Made by a program: the position numbers and the translations under genes
Assembly: GCA_029552985.1 (NCBI GenBank)
Contig: JAKPDB010000176.1
Span: 798-64,797 of the forward strand
Direction: 5' to 3'
Length of the DNA: 64,000 nucleotides
Origin: a bacterium
GTDB taxonomy: Bacteria; Ratteibacteria; UBA8468; B48-G9; DTJG01
In this document: positions 20,611-31,100 of the stretch, piece after piece
Position numbering within the stretch: position 1 is the stretch's first letter
Layout of the letters: each line of letters starts with the position of its first letter
Notes under the pieces: generated by a model
The model's input: the letters and a program-made list of their open reading frames with translations, nothing else
Database searches by the model: none
What the model was told of the DNA's origin: nothing

Positions 20611-21789
20611 ATGGGGAAAAAGCAAATCAATATAGGATTGATTGGTTATAAGTTCATGGGAAAAGCACACTCACATGCGTATAAAGATGTATCATTATTT
20701 TTCGATATACCTATTGTCCCGGTGATGAAGGTGATATGTGGAAGGCATGATGTACCGTTATCAATTGCTCAGGAAAAGTTTGGTTGGCAGGAAAGAATAA
20801 CCGACTGGAAAAAAATCATCAGCAGATCTGACATTGACCTTGTTGACATTACCACGCCTCCTGACGAACATAAAGATATTGCAGTTGAAGCCGCTAAAGA
20901 AGGAAAAATTGTGTTCTGTGAAAAGCCACTTGCAAATTCATTGAAAGAAGGATATGAAATGCTTGAAGCAGTTGAAAAATACAAAGTCAAACATGCAATT
21001 TGTTTTAATTACCGAAAACTTCCTGCAGTAGGGCTGGCAAAAAAACTTATTGAACAAGGTAAACTTGGAAAAATTTATCATATGCGTGCTGTTTATCTTC
21101 AGGATTGGATACTTGACCCTGAATTCCCGCTTGTCTGGCGATTGCAAAGAAAAATTGCGGGTTCAGGAGCGCATGGAGATTTAAACGCGCATCTCATTGA
21201 TATGGCAAGATACCTTGTAGGCGAGTTTAGTGAAGTCGTTGGAGTAAGTGAAACTTTTGTGAAAGAAAGACCACTTTTGATAGAAAAAAATGATTTGAAT
21301 ACAGGACTGGTTGTAACAGAGAAATCAGATAAAAAAGGAAAAGTTGATGTTGACGATGCCACAATTTTTCTTGCAAGGTTTGAAAACGGTGCAATAGGCT
21401 CTTTTGAAGCTACAAGATTCGCTCCAGGAAGAAAAAATGGACAAAGATGGGAAATTAATGGCAGCAAGGGTAGCATCGTGTTCAATCTGGAACGCCTTAA
21501 TGAACTCGAATATTATTCAGTCGATGACCCTGCCTGTGTTCAGGGTTTCCGCACCATTATCGCCACAGACGCATCCCATCCTTATGCTGCAAACTGGTGG
21601 CCAGCAGGTCATATCATAGGTTATGGTGAATCTTTTGTGAATATGGTAGCGGATTTACTGAACTCTATTGCAAATCATCAGATGCCATCTCCAAACTTTG
21701 TGGATGGAGTAAAGTGCCAGGAAGTGCTGGAAGCAGTAGAAAAGTCCATCAAACAGGGCAAATGGATTAAAATTATGTCAAAGATCTAA
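20611..21789 (+). CDS. Gfo/Idh/MocA-family NAD(P)-dependent oxidoreductase
   Basis: INIGLIGYKFMGKAHSHAY Rossmann start and an EKP motif (VFCEKPLANS). The ATG at 20611 is preceded by GGAGGGG. Confidence 0.8.
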   Translation: MGKKQINIGLIGYKFMGKAHSHAYKDVSLFFDIPIVPVMKVICGRHDVPLSIAQEKFGWQERITDWKKIISRSDIDLVDITTPPDEHKDIAVEAAKEGKIVFCEKPLANSLKEGYEMLEAVEKYKVKHAICFNYRKLPAVGLAKKLIEQGKLGKIYHMRAVYLQDWILDPEFPLVWRLQRKIAGSGAHGDLNAHLIDMARYLVGEFSEVVGVSETFVKERPLLIEKNDLNTGLVVTEKSDKKGKVDVDDATIFLARFENGAIGSFEATRFAPGRKNGQRWEINGSKGSIVFNLERLNELEYYSVDDPACVQGFRTIIATDASHPYAANWWPAGHIIGYGESFVNMVADLLNSIANHQMPSPNFVDGVKCQEVLEAVEKSIKQGKWIKIMSKI

Positions 21790-21849
21790 ACCTCCTTTTT
21801 ATTTTTTGCATCTAATAAGTTGAGCAAAAAAATCAACTGGGAAGAGATT

Positions 21850-23340
21850 ATGGAAATGAAAAAATTTGTTGGACTTGGTATCATTGCAGGAATTATTGGG
21901 GGTTGTCTAACATTTGGTGCAATTTATGCGGTTACAAAGCAGGGCATACCTGGAAGCACGAATATAAAACCCTTACAGGTGGTTGATTCACAGGGTGCTT
22001 ACGGTCTCCAGAATGCATTTGTACAGGTTGCAAAAATGGTCAAACCAGCAGTAGTGATGATCACAACCGAAAAAACTGTTACATACAGGTACTGGAATCC
22101 TTTTGGAGATGATTTTTTCGACCAGTTTTTTGAGGACTTTGGATTTCCACGACCACGACAGCAGCAACCAAAAACATTTAAGAAAAAACAGGAGGGACTT
22201 GGTTCAGGATTCATTGTAGATGAAGAAGGTTATATTCTTACGAATAATCATGTGATACAGGGAGTGGACAGAATTCTTGTAAAACTGATGAACGACGAAA
22301 AAAAGTATGAAGCAAAAATCATTGGAACAGATTCCAGAACAGATCTTGCCCTTATTAAAATTAACGCTGCAAGAAAACTTCCTACAGTAATCCTTGGGGA
22401 TTCGGACGCTATTGAAATTGGTGAATGGGCTATTGCTATTGGAAATCCGATGGGACTTGAAGAAACAATAACTGTCGGTGTCATAAGCGCAAAAGGAAGA
22501 AGTGTACTTGGAACCAGTCCCTACGAGGATTTTATACAGACAGATGCAGCCATTAATCCTGGAAATTCAGGAGGACCTCTGGTTAACATAAAAGGAGAAG
22601 TTATAGGAATAAATACAGCAATTATCGCACCGTATGTTGCCCAGAATATCGGATTTGCAATCCCGATTAATATTGCAAAAAAGGTTTTCAGAGAACTGAA
22701 ATCAACAGGAAAAGTAACAAGGGGATTTCTCGGAGTATATCTGCAACCGCTTACAGAAGAACTGGCATCTTCTTTTGGCTTAAAGGAAACAAAAGGATCT
22801 CTGGTATCAGACGTTATGCCTGATACTCCTGCTGAAAAAGCAGGGCTCAAACCAGGCGACATCATTCTTGAATTCAATGGAAGGCCCGTCGCAGAGCCAA
22901 AAGATTTACAAAAAATGGTTGCTGATGCCAAAGTAGGAGAAACAGTCACATTAACAGTATGGCGTGATAAGAAAAAAATAAGTGTTCAGATAAAAATCGC
23001 TGAAAGACCTGAAGAAGAAACAATTGCAAAATCTGAAAGCGAACCATCACAAAAAACATGGAGAGGACTCCAGGTCAGTGATATTACAGAAGAAATGAGA
23101 AAACAATTTAACATAAGTGCCTCAGTAAAAGGAGTTATTGTTATCAATGTTGAACCAGGCTCTCCCGCGGATGAGTGTGAAATTACTACAGGGACCATAA
23201 TAAGAAAAATCAATGAATGGCCTGTTTCAAGTATAAAAGAGTTTCAATCGATCATTAGTAAAATCGACAAAAAATCTTCTGTCACGTTATGGGTACAGCA
23301 GGAAGGAAACAATAGATTCTGCATTCTCAAAGGTGAATAA
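21850..23340 (+). CDS. htrA: HtrA/DegP-family periplasmic serine protease with two PDZ domains
   Basis: N-terminal membrane anchor. Catalytic motifs TNNHV, DLALIK and GNSGGPLVN are followed by two PDZ-like segments. Confidence 0.88.
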   Translation: MEMKKFVGLGIIAGIIGGCLTFGAIYAVTKQGIPGSTNIKPLQVVDSQGAYGLQNAFVQVAKMVKPAVVMITTEKTVTYRYWNPFGDDFFDQFFEDFGFPRPRQQQPKTFKKKQEGLGSGFIVDEEGYILTNNHVIQGVDRILVKLMNDEKKYEAKIIGTDSRTDLALIKINAARKLPTVILGDSDAIEIGEWAIAIGNPMGLEETITVGVISAKGRSVLGTSPYEDFIQTDAAINPGNSGGPLVNIKGEVIGINTAIIAPYVAQNIGFAIPINIAKKVFRELKSTGKVTRGFLGVYLQPLTEELASSFGLKETKGSLVSDVMPDTPAEKAGLKPGDIILEFNGRPVAEPKDLQKMVADAKVGETVTLTVWRDKKKISVQIKIAERPEEETIAKSESEPSQKTWRGLQVSDITEEMRKQFNISASVKGVIVINVEPGSPADECEITTGTIIRKINEWPVSSIKEFQSIISKIDKKSSVTLWVQQEGNNRFCILKGE

Positions 23341-23770
23341 ACAAAACAGTGTCCTGAGAGATGCACTGAAAATACTACGGATAAAGGAAGTTTCTGAATT
23401 CAATCTCAGGCAGGCTCTTGAGAAGAAAGGATATAGAGACCCTGAATTATCAGAAACAATAAACTACCTGAAATCAAAAAATTTCTTGAGTGATTATAGG
23501 CTTTGTAGTCTGATTATCGAAAAGAACATCAAGAAAAAAAGGGGACTCAACTATATCCGATATTTTCTTGCCAATCAAGGTGTACCTGAACATATCATAT
23601 CTGAAACTCTTGCACGGATGTACCCTGAGAGTTTAGAATATAATATAGCAAAAGAATTGGTGTTGTCTCTTAAAAAACCTTTCCGCAGGGTGCTATATAT
23701 TTTGAACTCCAGAGGTTTCAGTGAACAAACCATAGAAAAATTGAAAGGGGAAATCAGTGAAGAGCAATGA
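23333..23770 (+). CDS. recX: recombination regulator RecX
   Basis: 145 aa helical-repeat protein located directly upstream of alaS, the classical recX-alaS linkage. It uses a GTG start overlapping the htrA stop. Confidence 0.65.
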   Translation: MNKQNSVLRDALKILRIKEVSEFNLRQALEKKGYRDPELSETINYLKSKNFLSDYRLCSLIIEKNIKKKRGLNYIRYFLANQGVPEHIISETLARMYPESLEYNIAKELVLSLKKPFRRVLYILNSRGFSEQTIEKLKGEISEEQ

Positions 23771-26369
23771 AATACGAAAAAAATTTTTGGAGTTTTTTGA
23801 AAGAAAGAACCATACCGTTGTTCCGAGCAGCAGTTTAATACCATTTGAAGATCCGACTTTATTATTCACCAGTGCTGGCATGGTACAATTCAAAAAGTTC
23901 TGGGCAACAGAAGTACCACTGCCTTACTCACGAGCAACATCATGTCAGAAATGTCTTCGTGCCGGAGGTAAAGACAGTGACCTTGAAAAAATTGGATTGA
24001 GTGGAAGACACCACACGTTTTTTGAAATGCTCGGAAATTTTTCCTTTGGTGATTACTTCAAAGAAGAAGCCATTCATTGGGCATGGGAATTTGTAACAGA
24101 AATACTGAAAATCAACAAAGAAAAACTTTGGGTTTCTTACTATATGGAAGACAAAGAAACACTAAAAATCTGGAAAACATTACTTCCTGAAAACAGGATA
24201 ATACCACTGGGGAAAAAGGATAACTTCTGGGGACCTGCAGGAGAAACAGGTCCCTGTGGACCATGTACCGAGATATACATTGACCTGGGGATTGATGAGA
24301 TGTGCACAAATAAAGATTGTAAACCAGGTTGTGATTGTAATCGTTTTCTTGAATTCTGGAATCTTGTTTTCCCACAATATAATCAGCAAATAGATGGACA
24401 GTTGCAACCGCTGAAGAGAAGGGGAGTTGACACAGGTATGGGTCTTGAAAGAATTTCAAGGATTATGCAGGGTAAAAAATCAAACTATGAAACTGACCTT
24501 TTCTTACCACTGATAGAAAAACTTGAAAAGATTTCAAATGTAAAGTATAGCCAGGATACAATAAAAGAATTCAGAATCATTGTTGACCATAGCCGCGCAA
24601 TTGTATTTCTTATTGGTGACGGCGTTTACCCCGACAATGAAGGCAGAGGATATGTGCTGAGGAGAATCATAAGAAGAGCGTATTTCCAGGGAACGAAAAT
24701 TGGTTTAACCGAACCATTTCTCACATCCCTTTTAGATCCGATGATTTCAATTTTTGAAGAAGTATATCCTGAAATAGTAGAAAAGAAAGAAGAAATAGCC
24801 GATATCGTCATTGAAGAAGAAAAAAAATTCTCAAGATTGCTTTCTTCTGCAAAAAAAATCTTTGCCGCAGACATATCAGGGATCAAAGATCAAATAATAC
24901 CGGGAGAACTTCTTTTTAAGTGGTATGATACTTATGGAATCCCAAGAGACCTTATTTCTGAACTTGCAGAAGAGCATAATCTCTCACCTGACTGGCAGGA
25001 ATTTGAAGATTATTTACACAAACAGCAGGAGCAGGCAAGGAAGAAATCAATTTTTGAACAAAAAAGACAGGTCGTGTTTGAAGTTGAATCAATAAATGAA
25101 ACAATTTTTACTGGATACAGAAGTCATCAGGAATATTGCAATATTGTCGGTCTGTATTATCTACCTGATAGAAAAATCTGGGAAATAGTGCTGGACATAT
25201 CACCGTTTTATCCAGAAAAAGGGGGACAAGTAGGCGATAGGGGAATTATCGAGGGAAACCAGTGGTGTTTTGAGGTCATTGATTCACAAATTGATTCACG
25301 CGGAGTTATCTATCATATTGGGCAATTTACTTCAGGGACCCCGCAAAACGTAGGGAAAAAAGAAAGGGTGTTTGCGTCGGTTTCAATGAAACACAGAATG
25401 GATGTCTCAGCAAATCATACTGCAACTCATCTGATTCATTACTGCCTGAGAAAAATTTCAAATAATCAAGCCAGACAGGCAGGATCGTATGTAGGACCCG
25501 ATCGATTAAGATTCGACTTTATTTATCCGGGAGAGATTAATCAAAACACAATAGAAAAACTGGAATCTCAGGTAAATGAAATTATTTTTGAAAACCACCC
25601 TGTAAATGTCAGCCAGATGAGTTATCAACAGGCAATAAGTAATGGCGCAGTCGCATTGTTTACTGAGAAATATGGCGAAACAGTGAGAGTGATCAAAACC
25701 GGTGATTTTCATTCAGAATTATGCGGTGGAACTCATGTCTCCAGCACATCTGAAATTGGAATATTCAAAATTATTTCGTTTTCTTCAATTGGCGAAAATC
25801 TAAAAAGGATAGAAGCCGTAACGAGAGAAAGTGCCTATCAATGGTTCAAAAAGCGGTGGGAAATTTTGCACCAGGCAAGTGACCTGCTCAAAACCGATCC
25901 AGAAAACCTGGTATTTACGATTATTAAATTAAAAAAACAGATTCAACAACTTGAGGAAAAACTTAAAACCATCATTCAAAAAGTAACGACTGATATTCCG
26001 ACCACGTTAAAGAAAAACAGTAAGAATATCGTAATAAAAGGCCATGATGCCACGCTGGTGGCAGGTCGTTTGGATGGATTGACAGCTGACCAGCTTGGTA
26101 AAATTGCAGATATTGTTTCATCTGAAATAAAAAAATCAATTGTACTTCTTGCCAGTATTCTTGATGGAAGGGTTCTTCTAATATGCAAGGTCACACCTGA
26201 TATTTCAAATATAGTGCCAGCTTCTTTAATCATAAAACATATTACTGGAATGATCAGTGGTTCTGGAGGCGGTAAATCAGAATTTGCCCAAGGTTCAGGA
26301 AAAGACATAACAAAGATTGATGAAATTATAAAAGGTGCTCATAACTTGATTTTAGATATCGTAACATAG
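23757..26369 (+). CDS. alaS: alanine--tRNA ligase
   Basis: IRKKFLEFFERKNHTVVPSSSLIPFEDPTLLFTSAGMVQFK, an editing-domain HTATHL...CGGTHV motif, and a C-terminal DHHA1 domain. GTG start. Confidence 0.95.
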   Translation: MKSNEIRKKFLEFFERKNHTVVPSSSLIPFEDPTLLFTSAGMVQFKKFWATEVPLPYSRATSCQKCLRAGGKDSDLEKIGLSGRHHTFFEMLGNFSFGDYFKEEAIHWAWEFVTEILKINKEKLWVSYYMEDKETLKIWKTLLPENRIIPLGKKDNFWGPAGETGPCGPCTEIYIDLGIDEMCTNKDCKPGCDCNRFLEFWNLVFPQYNQQIDGQLQPLKRRGVDTGMGLERISRIMQGKKSNYETDLFLPLIEKLEKISNVKYSQDTIKEFRIIVDHSRAIVFLIGDGVYPDNEGRGYVLRRIIRRAYFQGTKIGLTEPFLTSLLDPMISIFEEVYPEIVEKKEEIADIVIEEEKKFSRLLSSAKKIFAADISGIKDQIIPGELLFKWYDTYGIPRDLISELAEEHNLSPDWQEFEDYLHKQQEQARKKSIFEQKRQVVFEVESINETIFTGYRSHQEYCNIVGLYYLPDRKIWEIVLDISPFYPEKGGQVGDRGIIEGNQWCFEVIDSQIDSRGVIYHIGQFTSGTPQNVGKKERVFASVSMKHRMDVSANHTATHLIHYCLRKISNNQARQAGSYVGPDRLRFDFIYPGEINQNTIEKLESQVNEIIFENHPVNVSQMSYQQAISNGAVALFTEKYGETVRVIKTGDFHSELCGGTHVSSTSEIGIFKIISFSSIGENLKRIEAVTRESAYQWFKKRWEILHQASDLLKTDPENLVFTIIKLKKQIQQLEEKLKTIIQKVTTDIPTTLKKNSKNIVIKGHDATLVAGRLDGLTADQLGKIADIVSSEIKKSIVLLASILDGRVLLICKVTPDISNIVPASLIIKHITGMISGSGGGKSEFAQGSGKDITKIDEIIKGAHNLILDIVT

Positions 26370-26372
26370 TCC

Positions 26373-27197
26373 ATGAAAAACAAAACTTCGTCAAGAAAAA
26401 TTCTGAAAAAACCTGGTCAAGAGGAGGAACTGGAATTATTACAAAAAATAAAGCAGGGCGACAGGGAAGCACAGGAAAAATTCATGAAAATGAATCAGGG
26501 ACTTGTTGTTTCACTCGCCAGGAAATACGCGTTTTCCAATGATATCCTCCAGGACCTGATTTCCGAAGGTAATATCGGATTGATTGAAGCAATAAAAAAA
26601 TTTGACCCCGAAAAACATGCAAGATTTGGAACATACGCATATTTCTGGGTTAGACGATATATCATGCGAGCAATATCAAGTGGTTCATTCAAGGTGCCAG
26701 AAAAAATTCTGAAACTCAAAACAAAATATAAAAATCTTGTTGAAAAATTTAAACTTGAAGAAAACAGATACCCCACAAATACTGAAATGGCATACTTGTT
26801 AAAACTTGATGTTCCAACCTTCTTAAAATACAAACCTTATTTTGAATCCACAAAAATTTCTCCTACTTTTCAGGACACTGAAGATGAAAACTATGATTTG
26901 TTTGACATTACGAATTTTGAATCCGGAAAGAAAAAGTGGGATAATCTACTGGTAGATAAGGACATATTGAATAAGTTATTTGAAAGGTTGCAACAAAAGA
27001 TAAAAAGTGGTTCAATAGACATATGGCTTAAAGCATTGAAATTACACTATGGAATTGATAATGGAAATCCAAAGTCCTACAAAGAAATCGCAAAAGAAAT
27101 GGGACTTTCCAGACAGAGAATACACCAGATTATTAAGACATGCCTCAAACATTTGCACAACGAAATAAAGGAGATGAAAAATGAAGGAATTATATGA
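26373..27197 (+). CDS. sigma-70 family RNA polymerase sigma factor (alternative, group 3-like; not the primary sigma)
   Basis: Region 2 (LVVSLARKYAFSNDILQDLISEGNIGLIEAIKKFDPEKHARFGTYAYFWVRRYI) and a region 4 HTH (SYKEIAKEMGLSRQRIHQI). At 274 aa it lacks region 1.1. Confidence 0.8.
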   Translation: MKNKTSSRKILKKPGQEEELELLQKIKQGDREAQEKFMKMNQGLVVSLARKYAFSNDILQDLISEGNIGLIEAIKKFDPEKHARFGTYAYFWVRRYIMRAISSGSFKVPEKILKLKTKYKNLVEKFKLEENRYPTNTEMAYLLKLDVPTFLKYKPYFESTKISPTFQDTEDENYDLFDITNFESGKKKWDNLLVDKDILNKLFERLQQKIKSGSIDIWLKALKLHYGIDNGNPKSYKEIAKEMGLSRQRIHQIIKTCLKHLHNEIKEMKNEGII

Positions 27198-27693
27198 TGC
27201 CATCAGAACGATTCCTGACTTTCCAAAAAAGGGGGTTTTATTTAGAGATATTACACCTTTAATAAAAAACAAAGACCTGTTTGCGAAAAGCATTGAATTA
27301 TTTGCAAAAAATGTACCTGAAGGAATCAGTAAGATTGTTGCAATAGAATCCCGTGGTTTTATTTTCGGCGGCGCACTTGCCTGTAAATTGAAAAAAGGAT
27401 TTGTTCCTATCAGAAAATTCGGCAAGCTTCCATGCAAAACAATAAAACATACCTATGCGCTTGAGTATGGTGAAGACACAATAGAAATTCCGGCAGATGC
27501 ATTTGAAAACAATGAAACAGTAATTTTAATTGACGACGTGCTTGCCACAGGAGGCACCGCTTCAGCTGCATGCTCCTTAATAGAACAGGCAGGTGCAAAA
27601 GTTAAAAAAATTCTTTTCTTGGTTGAACTAAAAGATCTAAATGGCAGAGAAAAAATTAAAGGGTATGACATTTTCAGCATATTGACGTTATGA
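27181..27693 (+). CDS. apt: adenine phosphoribosyltransferase
   Basis: IPDFPKKGVLFRDITPL and VILIDDVLATGGTA motifs; 170 aa. Confidence 0.93.
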   Translation: MKELYDAIRTIPDFPKKGVLFRDITPLIKNKDLFAKSIELFAKNVPEGISKIVAIESRGFIFGGALACKLKKGFVPIRKFGKLPCKTIKHTYALEYGEDTIEIPADAFENNETVILIDDVLATGGTASAACSLIEQAGAKVKKILFLVELKDLNGREKIKGYDIFSILTL

Positions 27694-28196
27694 AAAATAC
27701 TTTTTTTCGTTCATTCCTGCTGTCTTTGTTTTATATTTTTATTAATTGTCTCATATCCAATGCAGAATTAATAATACCTTTCGATCTCTGGCCAAAAATT
27801 GAAAACAAAATTTCCAATATCACGATTCTTGTAGCCGAAACAGAAAAACTCAGCCATCAGGGTTTTTGTGGAGCATCATCGAAACAATTTCAAACAACAG
27901 CAATCTGGTTTCCAGAAATAGAACAAGCAACAGTATTTGTAAATACCAATCCTGGCTATGGAACGGTTAATCAAAATATTCAGGTTGTGTTCCTCGACAA
28001 AAATTGGATTGTCCTCGATATAATAACAATGGAGAAAAAAGTAGGAACTGCTGTAGCTCCTGATAGAACTTCTTCAGCACTTGAAGGAACCCCGGAAGTG
28101 GTCAAAAAACTTGGATTTAAAAAGTCCAGGCCGGCACCATTTCGTATTCAAAAAATTGGCACAAGATATTTTTGTCAAAAAATGGAGTCAAAATGA
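27690..28196 (+). CDS. secreted/anchored DUF192-like (COG1430-like) protein
   Basis: N-terminal hydrophobic signal/anchor. The pattern ...VAETEKLSHQGF...IWF...IQVVFLDKNWIVLDII...ALEG... loosely follows the DUF192 pattern. ATGA overlaps occur at both ends. Confidence 0.45.
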   Translation: MKNTFFRSFLLSLFYIFINCLISNAELIIPFDLWPKIENKISNITILVAETEKLSHQGFCGASSKQFQTTAIWFPEIEQATVFVNTNPGYGTVNQNIQVVFLDKNWIVLDIITMEKKVGTAVAPDRTSSALEGTPEVVKKLGFKKSRPAPFRIQKIGTRYFCQKMESK

Positions 28197-31100
28197 AAAC
28201 TCTATCAGTAATGTTTGTATTATGCTTTCTAAATTCTCTATTTTCTCAAACACAGATAAATAATCAAATACAACAAATCATCAGTCCAGAACAATGGAAA
28301 ATCAATCAGATTTATAGCGGGGAAAACAATTCAGTCCTTATCAATACCAATGAGGGAAAATTTATTCTTACTGGAAGCAGTGGAATGATCATAACCAGTA
28401 ATCAGCCAATACAGATAGATACAGAGATTTCAATTGCGTTAAAATTTTCATCTCCTAAACGAACGACAGTATCAATCTTAACTGGACTAAGAAGTCCTGA
28501 TGATACATCTGCAAATCCTTATGGTCTTGGACTCACTTATTATCCTGATATGAATCCGCAATTCCTCTTGTGGAGCCTTCCACCATTGCCAGGGGAAAAA
28601 TATGGATTATATGGAAATTATTGTGTGATGGCTCCTGTAAAAAATCGTTTAAACTGGCCAGAAATGGTTAGGTGGAACTTTGACAAGGAAATTTCTACCC
28701 TTACACCCATTGACAAAAAATGGATACGGATAAGATATGTACTACGTCAAAATTGTTTACAGGTATGGCTTGATGACAGGTTGCTTCGTGAAATAAAAGG
28801 TCCATCGATAAATCCTGCTGGCTTTATTAAAATCTATTGTTATGAGGGCGTTGCTATTTCTTCAATCAAAATAAACCATGCTGAACAGAATACAAGATTT
28901 GAACCTATTCCCATAGATGGTTACACTAATGCTGGTGATTTTCCAAAAAATGACAGAATTGCGAAAATTCTGATTTTGCACAAAGAAAATAGATTGAATG
29001 TTGGTAATATCCCATTTTTATTAGCCAATGATCATCCGGGTCGGAATCATGTAGATATTGGCAAGTCGTGGGCTATATTTGGTCTACTTGAAGGTGCATT
29101 TGATGGTTGGTCTGGAGAAGTACCGAGATGGCGAGGAGCATTATACATTGAACCAGGTAGAATTCAATTTAGAGTTCCAAATGCCCAGTATACAAAAGTT
29201 CATCTTATTGCTGCAGCAGATGACATTCAGGATACAGTTCCTGTAGTGACGGCTGTTTTTTACAGACCCAATGCAGGACACCCGTTACCATTCCAGACAA
29301 AGGTGCCCCTCTATAAAGCAAGCTCCACAAGCACAGTAAAAATTCCATTTGTCACAGAAAAAGGGAAAAGAGGAAATCTTTATCTTATTACCATCCCGCT
29401 TCTGAAAGAAGGATTAAAAGGTTTTTCAGATCTCCCTTATCTGGAATTTGAACTTACGAAAAATGTTTCTATTTACAGAAGTTTTCCAGACCCGATTTAT
29501 TACAGTATGCATCAAGCAGGACTACCAAGCAGTGTTCACGTTTTTGCAATAACACTGGAAAAAGCTGATGTGGAAGTTGACTTTGTACCTTCTCAGTTTG
29601 CGCATATATGGGTATGTCCTGATGAGCCAAGTTATACCTGTAATCTTTCTAATGTTTCAAACAAGAATAAGATTGTATCTGTTTCTATCAAGACACAAAG
29701 TTTCGATAAAATTGAAAAAACCGCACAGACAAAAAAAATCCTTGTACCTGCTAAGAAATCCATCAGTCTCAGATTTATGTTAAAACTGAATAGGTTTGGC
29801 TATCACAAGACAGAATTCTCAGTAATTGATGGCCAAGAAAAAAGAGTCTTCACAGGCTCCCTTGCATATCTTCATCCCGATACAAGAGAACGTGGCGAAT
29901 GGAAGGGAGGTAAGGGCCAAATTTTCGGTTTCTGGGACTGGAATGGCGGACACGATACACCTTCAGGAATTCCTCGGCTTGAAGTAATGGTAAAAGCCGG
30001 TGTTGAGTCATGCATGAGACCTTTCATTGAAGAATCTACACCTGAAACTGAATTGAAATATCTTATTAACCATAAGATGAAAACATACTTTCTTGCTTAT
30101 CAATTACACATGACAAAAGAACATATAGGTATCCCCTGGGATAGTTCAAAACCAGATGAAATGAAAAAAGCAATCATCGAAGCTATAAAAAAATCGCCTC
30201 TTTCAAAACCAACAAAAATCAACGAACCTGAACTTGCTGTTTTTTATGCAGAGCCACTCATTGGTCCTATTTCTTACATAAGTTTGCCAGAATTTTACGG
30301 AGACCCTCCTTATCAAATGACATCCGAGGAAAAATCTCGTTACGAAAAATTTCTCCAGGAATTTATTATTGCTGCCTCAGCAATCAAAAAAGAATGGCCG
30401 CAGGCGAAATGTCTGCTTCCATGGGGCATCCCTTCGTTTCCGATTCCGTTTCTCAGGTACAGTAAAGAAGCCACTGAACTGATGGATGGACCAGCTCTTG
30501 ATGTTGTTCTTTTTGAAAGAATTCCTGAAATGCAAATGCATCAGGTCACATTTGCTTCTGTAATGTGGCAACTCAAACAGGAGTGGTTGAAAACAGGTAA
30601 AAAATGGCCTGAATTGATGTCGATTGAAGGACCGTCTGTTTCTCCATCAATACCAGGTGCTTTGACACCACAGGAAGAAGCAGACCACACTGTCAGGGCA
30701 TATCTTATTCTGATGGCATATAACACCACACGGCATTTCGGCTGCCCGGCAGGTTTTCAATGTGCTGGTGCATGGGGTGAAACTCACTATGGTGGAGGCT
30801 TATGCAATAGAATCCCCCTGTTATATCCAAAACCAGTATATTGTGCGTATGCCACATTAACAAGACAAACCAACAGAATGAAGTATTCAAAAATGATTCA
30901 TACAGGAAGCAACACAGTTTTTTGTTTGCAATTCAAGCATTACAAAACAGGGAAAACACTCCATGTATTGTGGACAATTAGAGGAACGAGACAAATTATG
31001 ATAGATGCTCAAAAAGGCACCTCAATACAGGTGTATGACTCTATGGATAATCCTTTGACTGTAAAAGAAAGAAATGGAAAATATACAATTACTATCAGCA

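Noticed and set aside
22521-22949. Long antisense ORFs inside well-supported genes (22521-22949, 21099-21485, 41547-41960, 47532-47912, 18149-18505, 18557-18910, 33544-33897, 50478-50834)
   Set aside because: Each lies entirely within a gene with strong family motifs on the opposite strand. They lack Shine-Dalgarno sequences and have low-complexity Ser/Pro/Phe-rich translations typical of antisense frames in AT-rich genes.
30221-30229. An NEP tripeptide (KINEPE) in the giant protein as the acid/base motif of a clan GH-A TIM-barrel glycosidase
   Set aside because: The motif is not preceded by the hydrophobic beta-strand expected in GH-A enzymes. I cannot identify a matching nucleophile strand with confidence, so this is too weak to call without HMM or structure prediction.
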